Assembly (NCBI GenBank): GCA_041650995.1
Contig: JBAZJZ010000001.1
Location: 71,891-135,890, forward strand
Direction: 5' to 3'
DNA length: 64,000 bases
Source of the DNA: Patescibacteria group bacterium
GTDB lineage: Bacteria > Patescibacteriota > Patescibacteriia > XYB2-FULL-38-15
Below are positions 48,657 to 57,471 of the stretch, in pieces. The notes under the pieces are model-generated. The model had not been told where the DNA came from. It saw nothing but the letters and a program-made list of their open reading frames with translations, and searched no databases. The position numbers were made by a program, and so were the translations under genes. Each line of letters opens with the position of its first letter. Position 1 is the first letter of the stretch.

Positions 48657-49949
48657 ATGAAAAAAATAGTTCAGAAGATTTTATACTTTTTGGCTAAAAG
48701 AGTTTTGAAAAAATACGAGCCAGAAGTGATAGGGATCACGGGAAGCATGGGTAAAACTTCAACTAAAGAGGCTATTTTTGCCGTATTATCTTCTAAATTC
48801 CGCGCGCGCCAGAATTTAAAAAATTATAATAATGAACTTGGCGTGCCGCTTTCCATTTTAGGATCTGAATCAGGCAGTAAATCTGTTCTAAAGTGGCTCG
48901 GCATATTCTTCCACGGCATAAAATTAATTTTGGTTCGTGATGCCGACTATCCGCAAATTTTAGTTTTGGAAATGGGAGCCGACCATCCGGGCGATATAAA
49001 ATATCTGACAGAGCTCGCGCCATGCAAGGTGGGCGTTGTGACAGGTATCGGGCCAGCTCATTTGGAATTTTTTGAAAGTATTGAAAAAATAATTAAAGAA
49101 AAAAGAATAGTGGTAAGCAATCTCAAGCCCGAAGGTTTCGCGGTCCTAAATCGTGATGACGAAAAAGTTTATGAGATCCGGGAAAAAACACGAGGCAAAA
49201 TTTTAACTTACGGTTTTAGTTCTGACGCCGAGGTTCGCGCGCAAGAAGAGGGGATGATTGGAGAAGGAGTGGAAATTTCCGGAATGAATTTTAAATTGAG
49301 TTATGCCGGCGCAATGGTGCCGATTTTTCTGCCGGGCGTTTTGGGCCGTCAGCATATTTACGCGGCGCTTGCCGGAGCGGCCGTCGGGATTACTTATGGG
49401 ATGAATCTTGTGGAAGTCGCCGAGAGTTTAAAAAGATACCAGGCGCCAAAAGGCCGGATGAATTTGATTCTAGGAATTAAGAGAACTTTAATTATTGATG
49501 ATACCTATAACGCTTCGCCAATCCCAACAGAAGTAGCGCTTGAAGTGATGAAATCAATAAAATTACCGGCGGAAGATGATAAAAAATTCGCGGTGCTAGG
49601 AGATATGTTGGAACTTGGAAGTTTTAGCGAGGAAGGACATAAACAAGTTGGCCGGGCCGTGGCAGCGAGCGGCGTTGATTATTTGGTGACAGTCGGCGAG
49701 CGTTCGCGCGATATTGCGAGGGCGGCGAAAGAAGCTGGGATGAGCGAAGATAAAATTTCAAATTTTCCGACGCCGGAAGAAGCAGGGCTTTTTGTTCAAG
49801 GAAAAATGAAACAAGGCGATGTGGTACTCGTCAAAGGTTCGCAGGGAATGAGAATGGAAAAAGTTGTTAAAGAACTTATGGCTGAACCACTGCGGGCGTA
49901 TGAACTCTTAGTAAGACAAGATTTGTCCTGGGCGCGCAAAAGAGAATAA
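48657..49949 (+). CDS. murF: UDP-N-acetylmuramoyl-tripeptide--D-Ala-D-Ala ligase
   Basis: GITGSMGKT, NNELGVPL, EMG, DDTYNASP, GDMLELG, VKGS. Confidence 0.92.
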   Translation: MKKIVQKILYFLAKRVLKKYEPEVIGITGSMGKTSTKEAIFAVLSSKFRARQNLKNYNNELGVPLSILGSESGSKSVLKWLGIFFHGIKLILVRDADYPQILVLEMGADHPGDIKYLTELAPCKVGVVTGIGPAHLEFFESIEKIIKEKRIVVSNLKPEGFAVLNRDDEKVYEIREKTRGKILTYGFSSDAEVRAQEEGMIGEGVEISGMNFKLSYAGAMVPIFLPGVLGRQHIYAALAGAAVGITYGMNLVEVAESLKRYQAPKGRMNLILGIKRTLIIDDTYNASPIPTEVALEVMKSIKLPAEDDKKFAVLGDMLELGSFSEEGHKQVGRAVAASGVDYLVTVGERSRDIARAAKEAGMSEDKISNFPTPEEAGLFVQGKMKQGDVVLVKGSQGMRMEKVVKELMAEPLRAYELLVRQDLSWARKRE

Positions 49950-50054
49950 ATCTATAATTCAAGAAGGCGAGTCAAAAGGCTCGCTTTTCTCTTAGTTTTA
50001 GTTAGTGACAAATTTTTATAATTCTGATATACTGGAAATCAGTTAAAAATTTAC

Positions 50055-50132
50055 GGCCTCATCGTCTAGCCTGATCTAGGACGCCTCCCTCTCACGGAGG
50101 AAACTCGGGTTTAAATCCCGATGGGGCTACCA
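50055..50132 (+). tRNA. tRNA-Glu(CTC)
   Basis: GGCCTCA...TGGGGCT-A-CCA, anticodon loop CTCTCAC. Confidence 0.9.
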
Positions 50133-50330
50133 AAAATAAATTGGGAATTAAATATAAACTAGCAAAAAGAAATTACTGCGAATTTGTCTCGAGGGATTTA
50201 AACCAGGGAAGGGTCGGAAACCGTCAGGTTTCCGTTCGCGGAAATATTAAAACCGCAGGGTTTTAAAGAGCGAAGCGACGTTTAATTTCCCGATGGGGCT
50301 ACCAAAAATAAATTAGGAATTAAATATAAA
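50116..50330 (+). repeat. 43-bp direct repeat (tRNA-Glu 3' end plus downstream flank) around a ~130-nt spacer
   Basis: 50116-50158 vs 50288-50330, one mismatch. Confidence 0.88.
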
Positions 50331-50334
50331 ATGT

Positions 50335-51021
50335 ATGATTACAAAAATTTCCGAAATTATTTTTTTGGTGGGTGTTTTGGCACTCGTGGGTGCTGGCTGT
50401 GGCAATAAAAATTCTGCTGATAACAGAGAACCAGCTGAAAGCGGTTTAACTAGTCTTTGCGACTCGGCCAAAGAAATGGAGGCACCCAGTGATTTAGCAA
50501 AAGAATTAAAAAAAATTTTTGAAGAAGCCGGCGGCAAGGTAAAAATAACCGATAGTGTTGAGCAAGATTTGGCAAATGGAGAAACCTTTACTTTTGTTTG
50601 GGAAAACACTCCTACAGCCAAGGATTTAGAAGATGCTTTTAAAAAGCACGGTTACAAAATAGAAGTGCCGGGTACAGCCATGGTGGTTTCAAAAAATGAT
50701 ATTGTTCTTGAAATTAATTTAACGGAAGAAGTTGAATGTTCGCAAATTATTGTTAAAAAAACAGAGGGGCCGTTTGATCGAGCCAGCAGAGTGACAATTA
50801 ATGAATGCGCGGAAATGAAGGCGCTAGCTCTCCATGCTGATATAAGAAATCATGATTTTGCTACCGCTATGATTTGGGGCAAAAAATTGTACGATAGAAT
50901 GATTGTGCTTGCGGCAAAATATGGTATCTCGGTGGAAAAACTCGAGACGACTTGCGAGGCGAAAGTTAATGAACCAGGGTTTGACAACGCGGTGGATGAA
51001 TGGGTGCGGTTATTAAAATAA
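50335..51021 (+). CDS. Hypothetical lipoprotein
   Basis: Lipobox LVGAGC. Confidence 0.7.
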   Translation: MITKISEIIFLVGVLALVGAGCGNKNSADNREPAESGLTSLCDSAKEMEAPSDLAKELKKIFEEAGGKVKITDSVEQDLANGETFTFVWENTPTAKDLEDAFKKHGYKIEVPGTAMVVSKNDIVLEINLTEEVECSQIIVKKTEGPFDRASRVTINECAEMKALALHADIRNHDFATAMIWGKKLYDRMIVLAAKYGISVEKLETTCEAKVNEPGFDNAVDEWVRLLK

Positions 51022-51048
51022 GTAAGCAGGGTTTATAAATTTTTATTT

Positions 51049-51768
51049 ATGCTTCACGTTTTTTGGCACGATTTTCTCTACACCCCACTTCTGAATTTTT
51101 TGATTTGGCTTTACAATGGCCCGGCTTTTGGAAATTTAGGCGTGGCGATTATTTATTTAACAATCATTATTCGTATTGTTCTTTTGCCTTTCACCGTTGT
51201 TTCGGAACGCAGTAAAATTTTGTATGGAAAACTCAGCCAAAAAATAGATAAGATTGGCCAGGATTTTAAAAACGATCCGATTCAAAAAAAGGAGATGATC
51301 CGCAAAGTGATGAGAGAACACAGAGTCAGTCCCTGGGCAAAAGTTATGGTGCTCGGCGTGCAGGCTTTGATCTTGGTTCTCTTGTATCAAGTTTTTATCG
51401 GAGGAATTAATGGAAAACTTGGTGATCTTTATTTTTGGGTGACGCGCCCTGATTTTATTAATACTGATTTTTTTGGTTTTGATTTGGGTGAAACAAAAAA
51501 TTTATTCTGGAGCGGCCTTGTTGGAGCGATTCTTTTTTTAGAAATTTTTATTGACTATCGCAGCAAGTCAACCGGCCTGACTAAATCAGAAGTAGCCTAT
51601 ATGATATTTTTTCCAGCGGCTTGTTTTTTTATCCTTTGGGTTTTGCCAATAGCCAAATCAATTTTTATTTTAACATCGTTGTGTTTTTCTTTTCTCGTGA
51701 TATTTTTCAGACAGATATTTAAAAATAAATTTAAAATTGGAGAAGCGGTGGACGTTAAGGCAAAATAA
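51049..51768 (+). CDS. yidC: YidC/Oxa1 family membrane protein insertase
   Basis: PLLNFLIWLY...NLGVAIIYLTIIIRIVLLP, coiled-coil loop, FFGFDL. Confidence 0.8.
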   Translation: MLHVFWHDFLYTPLLNFLIWLYNGPAFGNLGVAIIYLTIIIRIVLLPFTVVSERSKILYGKLSQKIDKIGQDFKNDPIQKKEMIRKVMREHRVSPWAKVMVLGVQALILVLLYQVFIGGINGKLGDLYFWVTRPDFINTDFFGFDLGETKNLFWSGLVGAILFLEIFIDYRSKSTGLTKSEVAYMIFFPAACFFILWVLPIAKSIFILTSLCFSFLVIFFRQIFKNKFKIGEAVDVKAK

Positions 51769-51881
51769 AAAGTAATTAGTAAATAGTAATTGATAATTGA
51801 TAATTGAGTTTTGGAGCCAACTGAAAAGTTGGTTTTTGTATTTTCCCCTCTTAAGATAAGAGGGGATTAAGAGGAGGGAAC

Positions 51882-51910
51882 TTGACAAAATTTTATAGTT
51901 ATGTTATAAA
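51882..51910 (+). promoter_or_regulatory. Sigma70-like promoter for RNA C
   Basis: TTGACA (51882-51887)-17 bp-TATAAA (51905-51910) with extended TG. Confidence 0.75.
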
Positions 51911-51914
51911 AGAT

Positions 51915-52728
51915 ACGATACGGTGAAATGCCGTAAGCGGCTGGGTCCAAGAGGACGCCTTGGCTCTATCTGGCTCTTCATGCCACTGCGCAATGGATTG
52001 CGTGGTGGAATAATCTCCGCCCGTAAGGGAAAAATTAAAAAGCGAAGAAAGGGAGAAAAAGCGTCAATACCGGGCGCAAACAATCCGGTCTTGGCGCCAT
52101 GAAGATTCAGGAGATCTAAGGAGAGAGGGTTTGATTCCCTCCAGCCGCACTGGGTCTTGGTGGTAGCCGAGCAGCGGATTTCTGCATTGCTCACTGCGAT
52201 GTGGAAGGCCGACGGCAGCCATTGTGGGGTACGCGCTGCGAACCCCGCCATCAAGGCCAAAGATGGCGACTGACCTTGAATGGCAGTCGTCGATTCCTCG
52301 CTGACCTTCAAGAGTTGGCGAGCAGGGACTCTCTCTGCCAAGGGAGGGTCCGCCTGAAGCTTCCGCGAGCCTCGGCTCGCGTTGGCACAAAGTTGCGATC
52401 GCACAGCTCTGGTCATGGCTACCATGGGGATTTCCCCGAAAGCCTAAGTGCGATCGCGGCTCGCGACGTTCCATAGGGAGACGCTCGCGTTTCCTGAAGT
52501 TTCCCAGTCTCGTGCTGGGCGGAACGGCGCGGAATTTCAGCCCCCGGCGGACTTGCCCGCGCGATGGCGCTCGCATGCGTGAGCACGCGAAAAAGGCAAG
52601 TGTGGGTACCCCGGCTCTTCTGCGCCGCCCAGAAGAGCCACTTCAAAAGATCCTCTAAGCGCAGTTCGCTGCGCGGAGAGGTCTGCGATACGCGCCGTGA
52701 TGATTCATTCGTCACGGCGTTCTTTTTT
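51915..52728 (+). ncRNA. Candidate large structured ncRNA C (about 810 nt) with a 5' tRNA-like domain
   Basis: GC-rich island between promoter and terminator, many helices, no credible ORF. Confidence 0.75.
52692..52728 (+). terminator. Rho-independent terminator of RNA C
   Basis: GCGCCGTGATGA-TTCAT-TCGTCACGGCGT followed by TCTTTTTT. Confidence 0.8.
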
Positions 52729-52811
52729 ATCTCTAATCTTGACAAAAAATAGAAAAGGACTATGATTAACCATAGAAACTTAAATATTAAATTTAAGATA
52801 CAAAATCAAAT

Positions 52812-53393
52812 ATGGCTGATTCCTTAGACAAAATAATGTATTCGTTTGTCGTGGAGGACGTCTTAAAGGGTTTTTTCATCACTGTCCCGCCGGGTTATGT
52901 TGCCTGCGTTTACGATTTGGGCAGGGGAGTCCTGAAAAAAGTTTTGCATCCGGGTTTGCATCTCAAAATCCCATTTTGGCAGAGAGCCAAACTATTTAAT
53001 ACTCAAACCCTGGAATATAATATCAGCAAGGATTTTAATATTGATAATATCCGAGCTTTGGGCGACACGCCGATCGGTTCGGTAACTTTGGATAGTAAAA
53101 GTATAGCGATTGAAGGAACAATTCTTTTGCGGCTGGATATGGAACAGATTCCATATATTTGGCAAAATATTGGCGAAGATTTTGTGGAAAAAATTATTCG
53201 GCCGACAATTAGAAGTCGGCTCCGCATGATCGCTTCGCTTTATTCCGCCCAGGATATTGTTTCGCTTCAGAGAAATCAAATCGAAATGGCGATTACCAAT
53301 GAACTGGACAGAATTTTCCATCCGCGGGGAATTCACGTTGAAAACGTTCTTCTCTCGGAAATTGGACACCAGTTTGGTAAAAGTAACGGGTAA
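52812..53393 (+). CDS. SPFH/band-7 (prohibitin-like) protein
   Basis: TVPPGYV..PGLHLKIPF, IIRPTIRS.LR, GIHVENVLLSEI; own promoter TTGACA..TATGAT at 52739-52767. Confidence 0.82.
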   Translation: MADSLDKIMYSFVVEDVLKGFFITVPPGYVACVYDLGRGVLKKVLHPGLHLKIPFWQRAKLFNTQTLEYNISKDFNIDNIRALGDTPIGSVTLDSKSIAIEGTILLRLDMEQIPYIWQNIGEDFVEKIIRPTIRSRLRMIASLYSAQDIVSLQRNQIEMAITNELDRIFHPRGIHVENVLLSEIGHQFGKSNG

Positions 53394-53428
53394 CGAGTAA
53401 CGGGTAATGAGTAATTAATATAAAAAAT

Positions 53429-53965
53429 ATGCAATCAAAACAGTGGACAGCAATTCTTATCGTGGTAATTGTTACGGCGATTGTGGTTGGCGGCGGAGTT
53501 TATCTTTGGCAAAGACAGCAAACGCCCACCCAGGAATCCATTGAATTGAGTAATTTGGAAAACACGCCGCCTGTTTCCGGGGAAAATCAAGTGGGCCCGG
53601 AGTATGTTAATCAGAATTTAAAATTTTCTCTTCAAATTCCAGACGGCTACATTGTCGATAAAACAAGTGAAAACACATTTCAGATTGTAAGTAAGCCGAC
53701 ACCGCAAAATGAAACACCCTTACCGGAAGTTAATATCAAGGTAGGGAATTTGGATGATATAAAATCAGATATAATTATTAAAGAAGAAAATGTTCTAGTC
53801 GGCGGCATTGCCGGGAAAAAATTTACTGTCTCTTTTGGAGAAGGGCAATGTCCGATTTACAGATTTGATTCGCAAGGTAAGATTTACGAATTTAGTTTAT
53901 ATGAATGTTTAGAGTCAAATATTTTTGAAGACGTGGTAAAAAGCTTCAAGATCATTTCAGAATAA
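53429..53965 (+). CDS. Membrane-anchored PsbP-like protein
   Basis: TM (IVVGGGVYLWQ), Y.N..LKFSLQIP..., FEDVVKSFK. Confidence 0.65.
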   Translation: MQSKQWTAILIVVIVTAIVVGGGVYLWQRQQTPTQESIELSNLENTPPVSGENQVGPEYVNQNLKFSLQIPDGYIVDKTSENTFQIVSKPTPQNETPLPEVNIKVGNLDDIKSDIIIKEENVLVGGIAGKKFTVSFGEGQCPIYRFDSQGKIYEFSLYECLESNIFEDVVKSFKIISE

Positions 53966-54021
53966 ATATAAAATAAAAACACGAATCTCTTGACCGGGGT
54001 TCGTGTTTTGTTATAATGAAA

Positions 54022-54048
54022 CTAGCAGTCCTTGACGTCGATTGCTAA
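54022..54048 (+). promoter_or_regulatory. CIRCE operator (HrcA binding site)
   Basis: CTAGCAGTC-N9-GATTGCTAA vs consensus TTAGCACTC-N9-GAGTGCTAA, just after a TATAAT (54012-54017) and upstream of hrcA. Confidence 0.85.
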
Positions 54049-54068
54049 TCGTTGTAAAATAGTTTAAT

Positions 54069-54761
54069 ATGGAAAAACGAAAGGAAAAATTGCTCTTGTC
54101 AGTCATTCACGAATATATAAAAAAAGCCACGCCGGTCGCTTCAAAAATGTTGGCCGGGCGGGGCGGTTTTAAAATAAGTTCGGCAACATTACGAAATGAA
54201 ATGGCAGATTTGGAAGAAGAAGGATATTTGGTCCAGCCGCATACTTCAGCCGGCCGGATTCCAACCGAAGCAGGTTTCAATTTTTATCTCGCCAATCTGC
54301 CGGAAGGAAAACTGGAAGCCGCGGGAAAAGAAAAAAAAGAACTGGAACGGGCGGCGCGGGCAACAGAATTCCCGGAAAAAAATCTGGCTAAAGTTTTGGC
54401 CGAACTTTCCAAAGAGGCCGTGATCCTCGCTTTCGGGAAAAATGATGTTTATTACACCGGGCTTTCCAATCTTTTCGCCAAACCGGAATTCCACGACCAG
54501 GATTTGGTTTACCGGATCGGCGAAGTGGTTGATCATCTGGACGAAATTATCAGTGAAATTTTTGAAGAGACAAAAGAGGAAATAAAAGTTTTAATCGGAA
54601 AGAAAAATCCTTTCAGCGCGGATTGCGGCGCCGTGGTTTCAAGATATTGCGGAAAAAATAAGAAAGTTGGACTTGTCGCCGTCTTGGGACCGATCAGAAT
54701 GGATTATGGAAAAAATATCGCGCTTGTCCGCGAAGTCAAAGATTTGTTAAATAAAATATAA
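54069..54761 (+). CDS. hrcA: Heat-inducible transcription repressor HrcA (short form)
   Basis: SSATLRNEMADLEEEGYL.QPHTSAGRIPT, GPIRMDY. Confidence 0.93.
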   Translation: MEKRKEKLLLSVIHEYIKKATPVASKMLAGRGGFKISSATLRNEMADLEEEGYLVQPHTSAGRIPTEAGFNFYLANLPEGKLEAAGKEKKELERAARATEFPEKNLAKVLAELSKEAVILAFGKNDVYYTGLSNLFAKPEFHDQDLVYRIGEVVDHLDEIISEIFEETKEEIKVLIGKKNPFSADCGAVVSRYCGKNKKVGLVAVLGPIRMDYGKNIALVREVKDLLNKI

Positions 54762-54763
54762 TT

Positions 54764-55294
54764 ATGGCAGACGATAAACAAAAACCAGAAGAAAAAAAAG
54801 ACGCGGCGCTCTCGGAATTGGAAGCGTGTAAAAAACAAGCTGAAGAATATTTAAATGGTTGGAAGCGGGCCAAGGCGGATTATTTGAATTTGAAAAAAGA
54901 AAATGAAACAGCCAGCGCGGAATTGGCGCAATTTATCGCGGGCGGAATGTTAATGAAATTTTTGCCGGTTTATGATGGTTTGAAGCGCGCATGTCAGATT
55001 ATGCCTTCGACAAGCTCAGGCAATAACTCTTTATCCCCTGAGCGAGCGGAGCGAGTCGAAGGGTGGGCCGAGGGAATTTTAAACATTAAAAAACAATTTG
55101 AAGAAGTTTTTAAAAGTTTTGGCGTGGAAGAAATAAAAACCATCGGAGAAAAATTCAATCCGGAATTTCACGAAGCGATCAGCCGGCAGAAAAAAGATGG
55201 GGTTGAATCCGATATAATTATTGAAGAAGTCGGCGGCGGGTATATGATGAACGGAAAAACGATTATTCCGGCGAAAGTAATTGTCAGCGAATAA
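54764..55294 (+). CDS. grpE: Nucleotide exchange factor GrpE
   Basis: R.KADYLN.KK, LPVYD.L, FNPEFHEA, GY..NGK.I.PAKV.V. Confidence 0.92.
   Translation: MADDKQKPEEKKDAALSELEACKKQAEEYLNGWKRAKADYLNLKKENETASAELAQFIAGGMLMKFLPVYDGLKRACQIMPSTSSGNNSLSPERAERVEGWAEGILNIKKQFEEVFKSFGVEEIKTIGEKFNPEFHEAISRQKKDGVESDIIIEEVGGGYMMNGKTIIPAKVIVSE
55004..55062. repeat. Palindromic CCTTCGACAAGCTCAGG...CCTGAGC..GTCGAAGG element inside grpE
   Basis: Inverted arms CCTTCGAC/GTCGAAGG and GCTCAGG/CCTGAGC; a half copy at 59681-59697 in dnaK. Confidence 0.8.
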
Positions 55295-55316
55295 AAAATT
55301 ATTAATTTATAAAATT

Positions 55317-55730
55317 ATGCCAATTATCAAATGGAATCCTTGGGAACAATTTGGAGAGTTAGACAGATTTTTTGAAGAAGGCGCGGGAGGTTTTGTCCCG
55401 GCGTTGGATATTTATCAAACCAAAGACGCGGTCGTTGTTGAAACTCCGCTTGCCGGCATTGATCCGGAAGATGTGGAAATTTCCATTGAAAACGATATCT
55501 TGTCCGTCAACGGAAAAACCGAACGGCAAAGTGAAGTTGATGAAAAGAATTTTTACCGCAAAGAAGTCCGCTACGGAAGTTTTCACCGCTCGGTCCGTTT
55601 GCCGGTCGCTGTCCTTGGCGGCAAAGCCGAAGCCAAATCGGAAAATGGAATGTTGAAAATCACAATCCCCAAAGCGCCGGAAGCGAAGAGCAGGGCGATT
55701 AGGGTGAAAGTGGTGAAGGGGAAGAAATAA
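55317..55730 (+). CDS. Hsp20/alpha-crystallin small heat-shock protein
   Basis: PALDIY, LAGI.PEDVEI, EVRYGSFHRSVRLP, ENGMLKITIPK. Confidence 0.93.
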   Translation: MPIIKWNPWEQFGELDRFFEEGAGGFVPALDIYQTKDAVVVETPLAGIDPEDVEISIENDILSVNGKTERQSEVDEKNFYRKEVRYGSFHRSVRLPVAVLGGKAEAKSENGMLKITIPKAPEAKSRAIRVKVVKGKK

Positions 55731-55757
55731 CATTTATTTTTTAATAACTTATAAAAT

Positions 55758-57425
55758 ATGAACTTGCCAGAGCCTCTGCATAAACAATTTTCTAATCTCA
55801 TGGATGATATCCAAACGGGGAGGTTGAAGATACCTCAGTTTCAAAGAGAATTTGTTTGGGATATAAAAAAATCAGCAAGCCTACTCGATAGTATAATTAA
55901 AGGATATCCAGTTGGTACTTTTATTTTTTGGAAAACAAAAGATAGATTAAGATCTGTTAAAGATATAGGCAATCTGAATCTTCCAGAGCCGGCCGTCGGT
56001 GATTATGTTAATTTTGTCTTAGATGGTCAGCAACGAATTACCAGTCTTTTCGCTGCATTTAAGGGAGAAAAAATATTGAGAAGCGATGGAAAAACAGAGG
56101 ATTTTTCAGAAATATATATTGATTTAGACGCGAAGGAAGACGAAAAAATAGTTACTTCAGAGGTTGACGACGGGAATTCAAAAAATTTAATAAAATTAAA
56201 GGATTTGCTATATGGGGGAATTACATTTCTCGCCAAATATCCAGAAAACTACCTGCATAAACTTGAAGAATACAAAAAGAGAATTGAATCTTATAATTAT
56301 TCCGTGATACAGGTTAATGAAGTACCCATAGATGTTGCTACTGAAATTTTTACAAGAATCAATGTTGGTGGTAAGCCACTGTCGTTATTTGAAATTATGG
56401 TTGCAAAGACATATGACTATGACAAAAATTTTGAACTTTCTGAAAAATTTGATGCCCTAGTTGAAAATTTAAAAAATGTTAATTACGAAACTATTTCTGA
56501 TGCAACGGTATTACAGATTATTTCTTTAATATTAACAAAAGAATGCAAGAGAAAAATTATTTTAAAATTGAAGAAAGATGAATTTATTGACAAGTGGGAC
56601 GAAGTTGTAAACGCAATCGAAAGCGCGGTGGATTACTTTAGAAGTTTCTACAGAATTCCTGTTTCGCAGATACTGCCGTATAATGCTTTGCTTGTGCCAT
56701 TTTCATATTTTTTCTACTACCATAAGGACAAACCGACCGGAGACAAACAAAAATACCTTCAAGATTTTTTTTGGCGAGTATCTTTATCCGGTAGATATTC
56801 ATCGTCGGTTGAAAGTAAATTAGCGCAGGACATTAAGAGAATAGATAAAATTTTAGAAGATAAATTACCGGATTATGACTGGCCAATTAATTTATCGCCC
56901 GAATTCATAAAAAATAATGGCTGGTTTAGCGCCGGCAGAAGTTATATAAAAGCAATATTATGTATCTATGCCTATCACCAGCCAAAATCTTTTAACGACA
57001 ACTCACTTGTAAATATTAGTAATTACTGGTTAAAACAAGCGAATAGCAAAAATTATCATCATTTTTTTCCACGTGCCTATTTAAGTAGATTGAATAAAGA
57101 TGAAAAAATGATAAATCATATAGCTAACATAACTATTGTCGACGATTTTCTTAATAAAAGAGAAATTAAAGATAAGCCGCCATCCAAGTACATGGAAAAA
57201 TTTAAAAAAGAAAACCCTCATCTTTCAGAAACAATGAAAACCCACCTGATTAATGATATTGATAATATGGGAATTTGGGAAGATAATTATGAATTGTTTT
57301 TTGAAAAAAGAATTGAATCGATTAGTAAGGATATTGAAAAAAGAATAATCCCACAAGAAATTGATGGGAAACCACAGGCTGATTTATCGGATGATGACTC
57401 CGTAGAAAGTTCAGAACAAGAATAG
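55758..57425 (+). CDS. DUF262 (GmrS-like) protein with C-terminal HNH-like motif; GmrSD-type restriction candidate
   Basis: IPQFQREFVW, LDGQQRITS, IFTRINVGG; C-terminal HHFFP...NHIAN...N. Confidence 0.85.
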   Translation: MNLPEPLHKQFSNLMDDIQTGRLKIPQFQREFVWDIKKSASLLDSIIKGYPVGTFIFWKTKDRLRSVKDIGNLNLPEPAVGDYVNFVLDGQQRITSLFAAFKGEKILRSDGKTEDFSEIYIDLDAKEDEKIVTSEVDDGNSKNLIKLKDLLYGGITFLAKYPENYLHKLEEYKKRIESYNYSVIQVNEVPIDVATEIFTRINVGGKPLSLFEIMVAKTYDYDKNFELSEKFDALVENLKNVNYETISDATVLQIISLILTKECKRKIILKLKKDEFIDKWDEVVNAIESAVDYFRSFYRIPVSQILPYNALLVPFSYFFYYHKDKPTGDKQKYLQDFFWRVSLSGRYSSSVESKLAQDIKRIDKILEDKLPDYDWPINLSPEFIKNNGWFSAGRSYIKAILCIYAYHQPKSFNDNSLVNISNYWLKQANSKNYHHFFPRAYLSRLNKDEKMINHIANITIVDDFLNKREIKDKPPSKYMEKFKKENPHLSETMKTHLINDIDNMGIWEDNYELFFEKRIESISKDIEKRIIPQEIDGKPQADLSDDDSVESSEQE

Positions 57426-57471
57426 AAACGTGATATTTATAAAAAAATAAAAATAATTAAGGATAAAAAAT

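Noticed and set aside
51937-52149. tmRNA (tRNA-like domain, long P2-like helix, short frame GCA AAC AAT CCG GTC TTG GCG CCA TGA = ANNPVLAP*)
   Set aside because: No 5' GGGG, no G3-U70 alanine determinant (G3-C70 here), no CCA, a paired D-stem is present, it is too short, and the putative tag overlaps the closing helix
51904-52752. Overlapping ORFs called in the RNA C region on both strands
   Set aside because: Mostly non-ATG starts, no SD, no recognisable domains; expected by chance in GC-rich structured DNA
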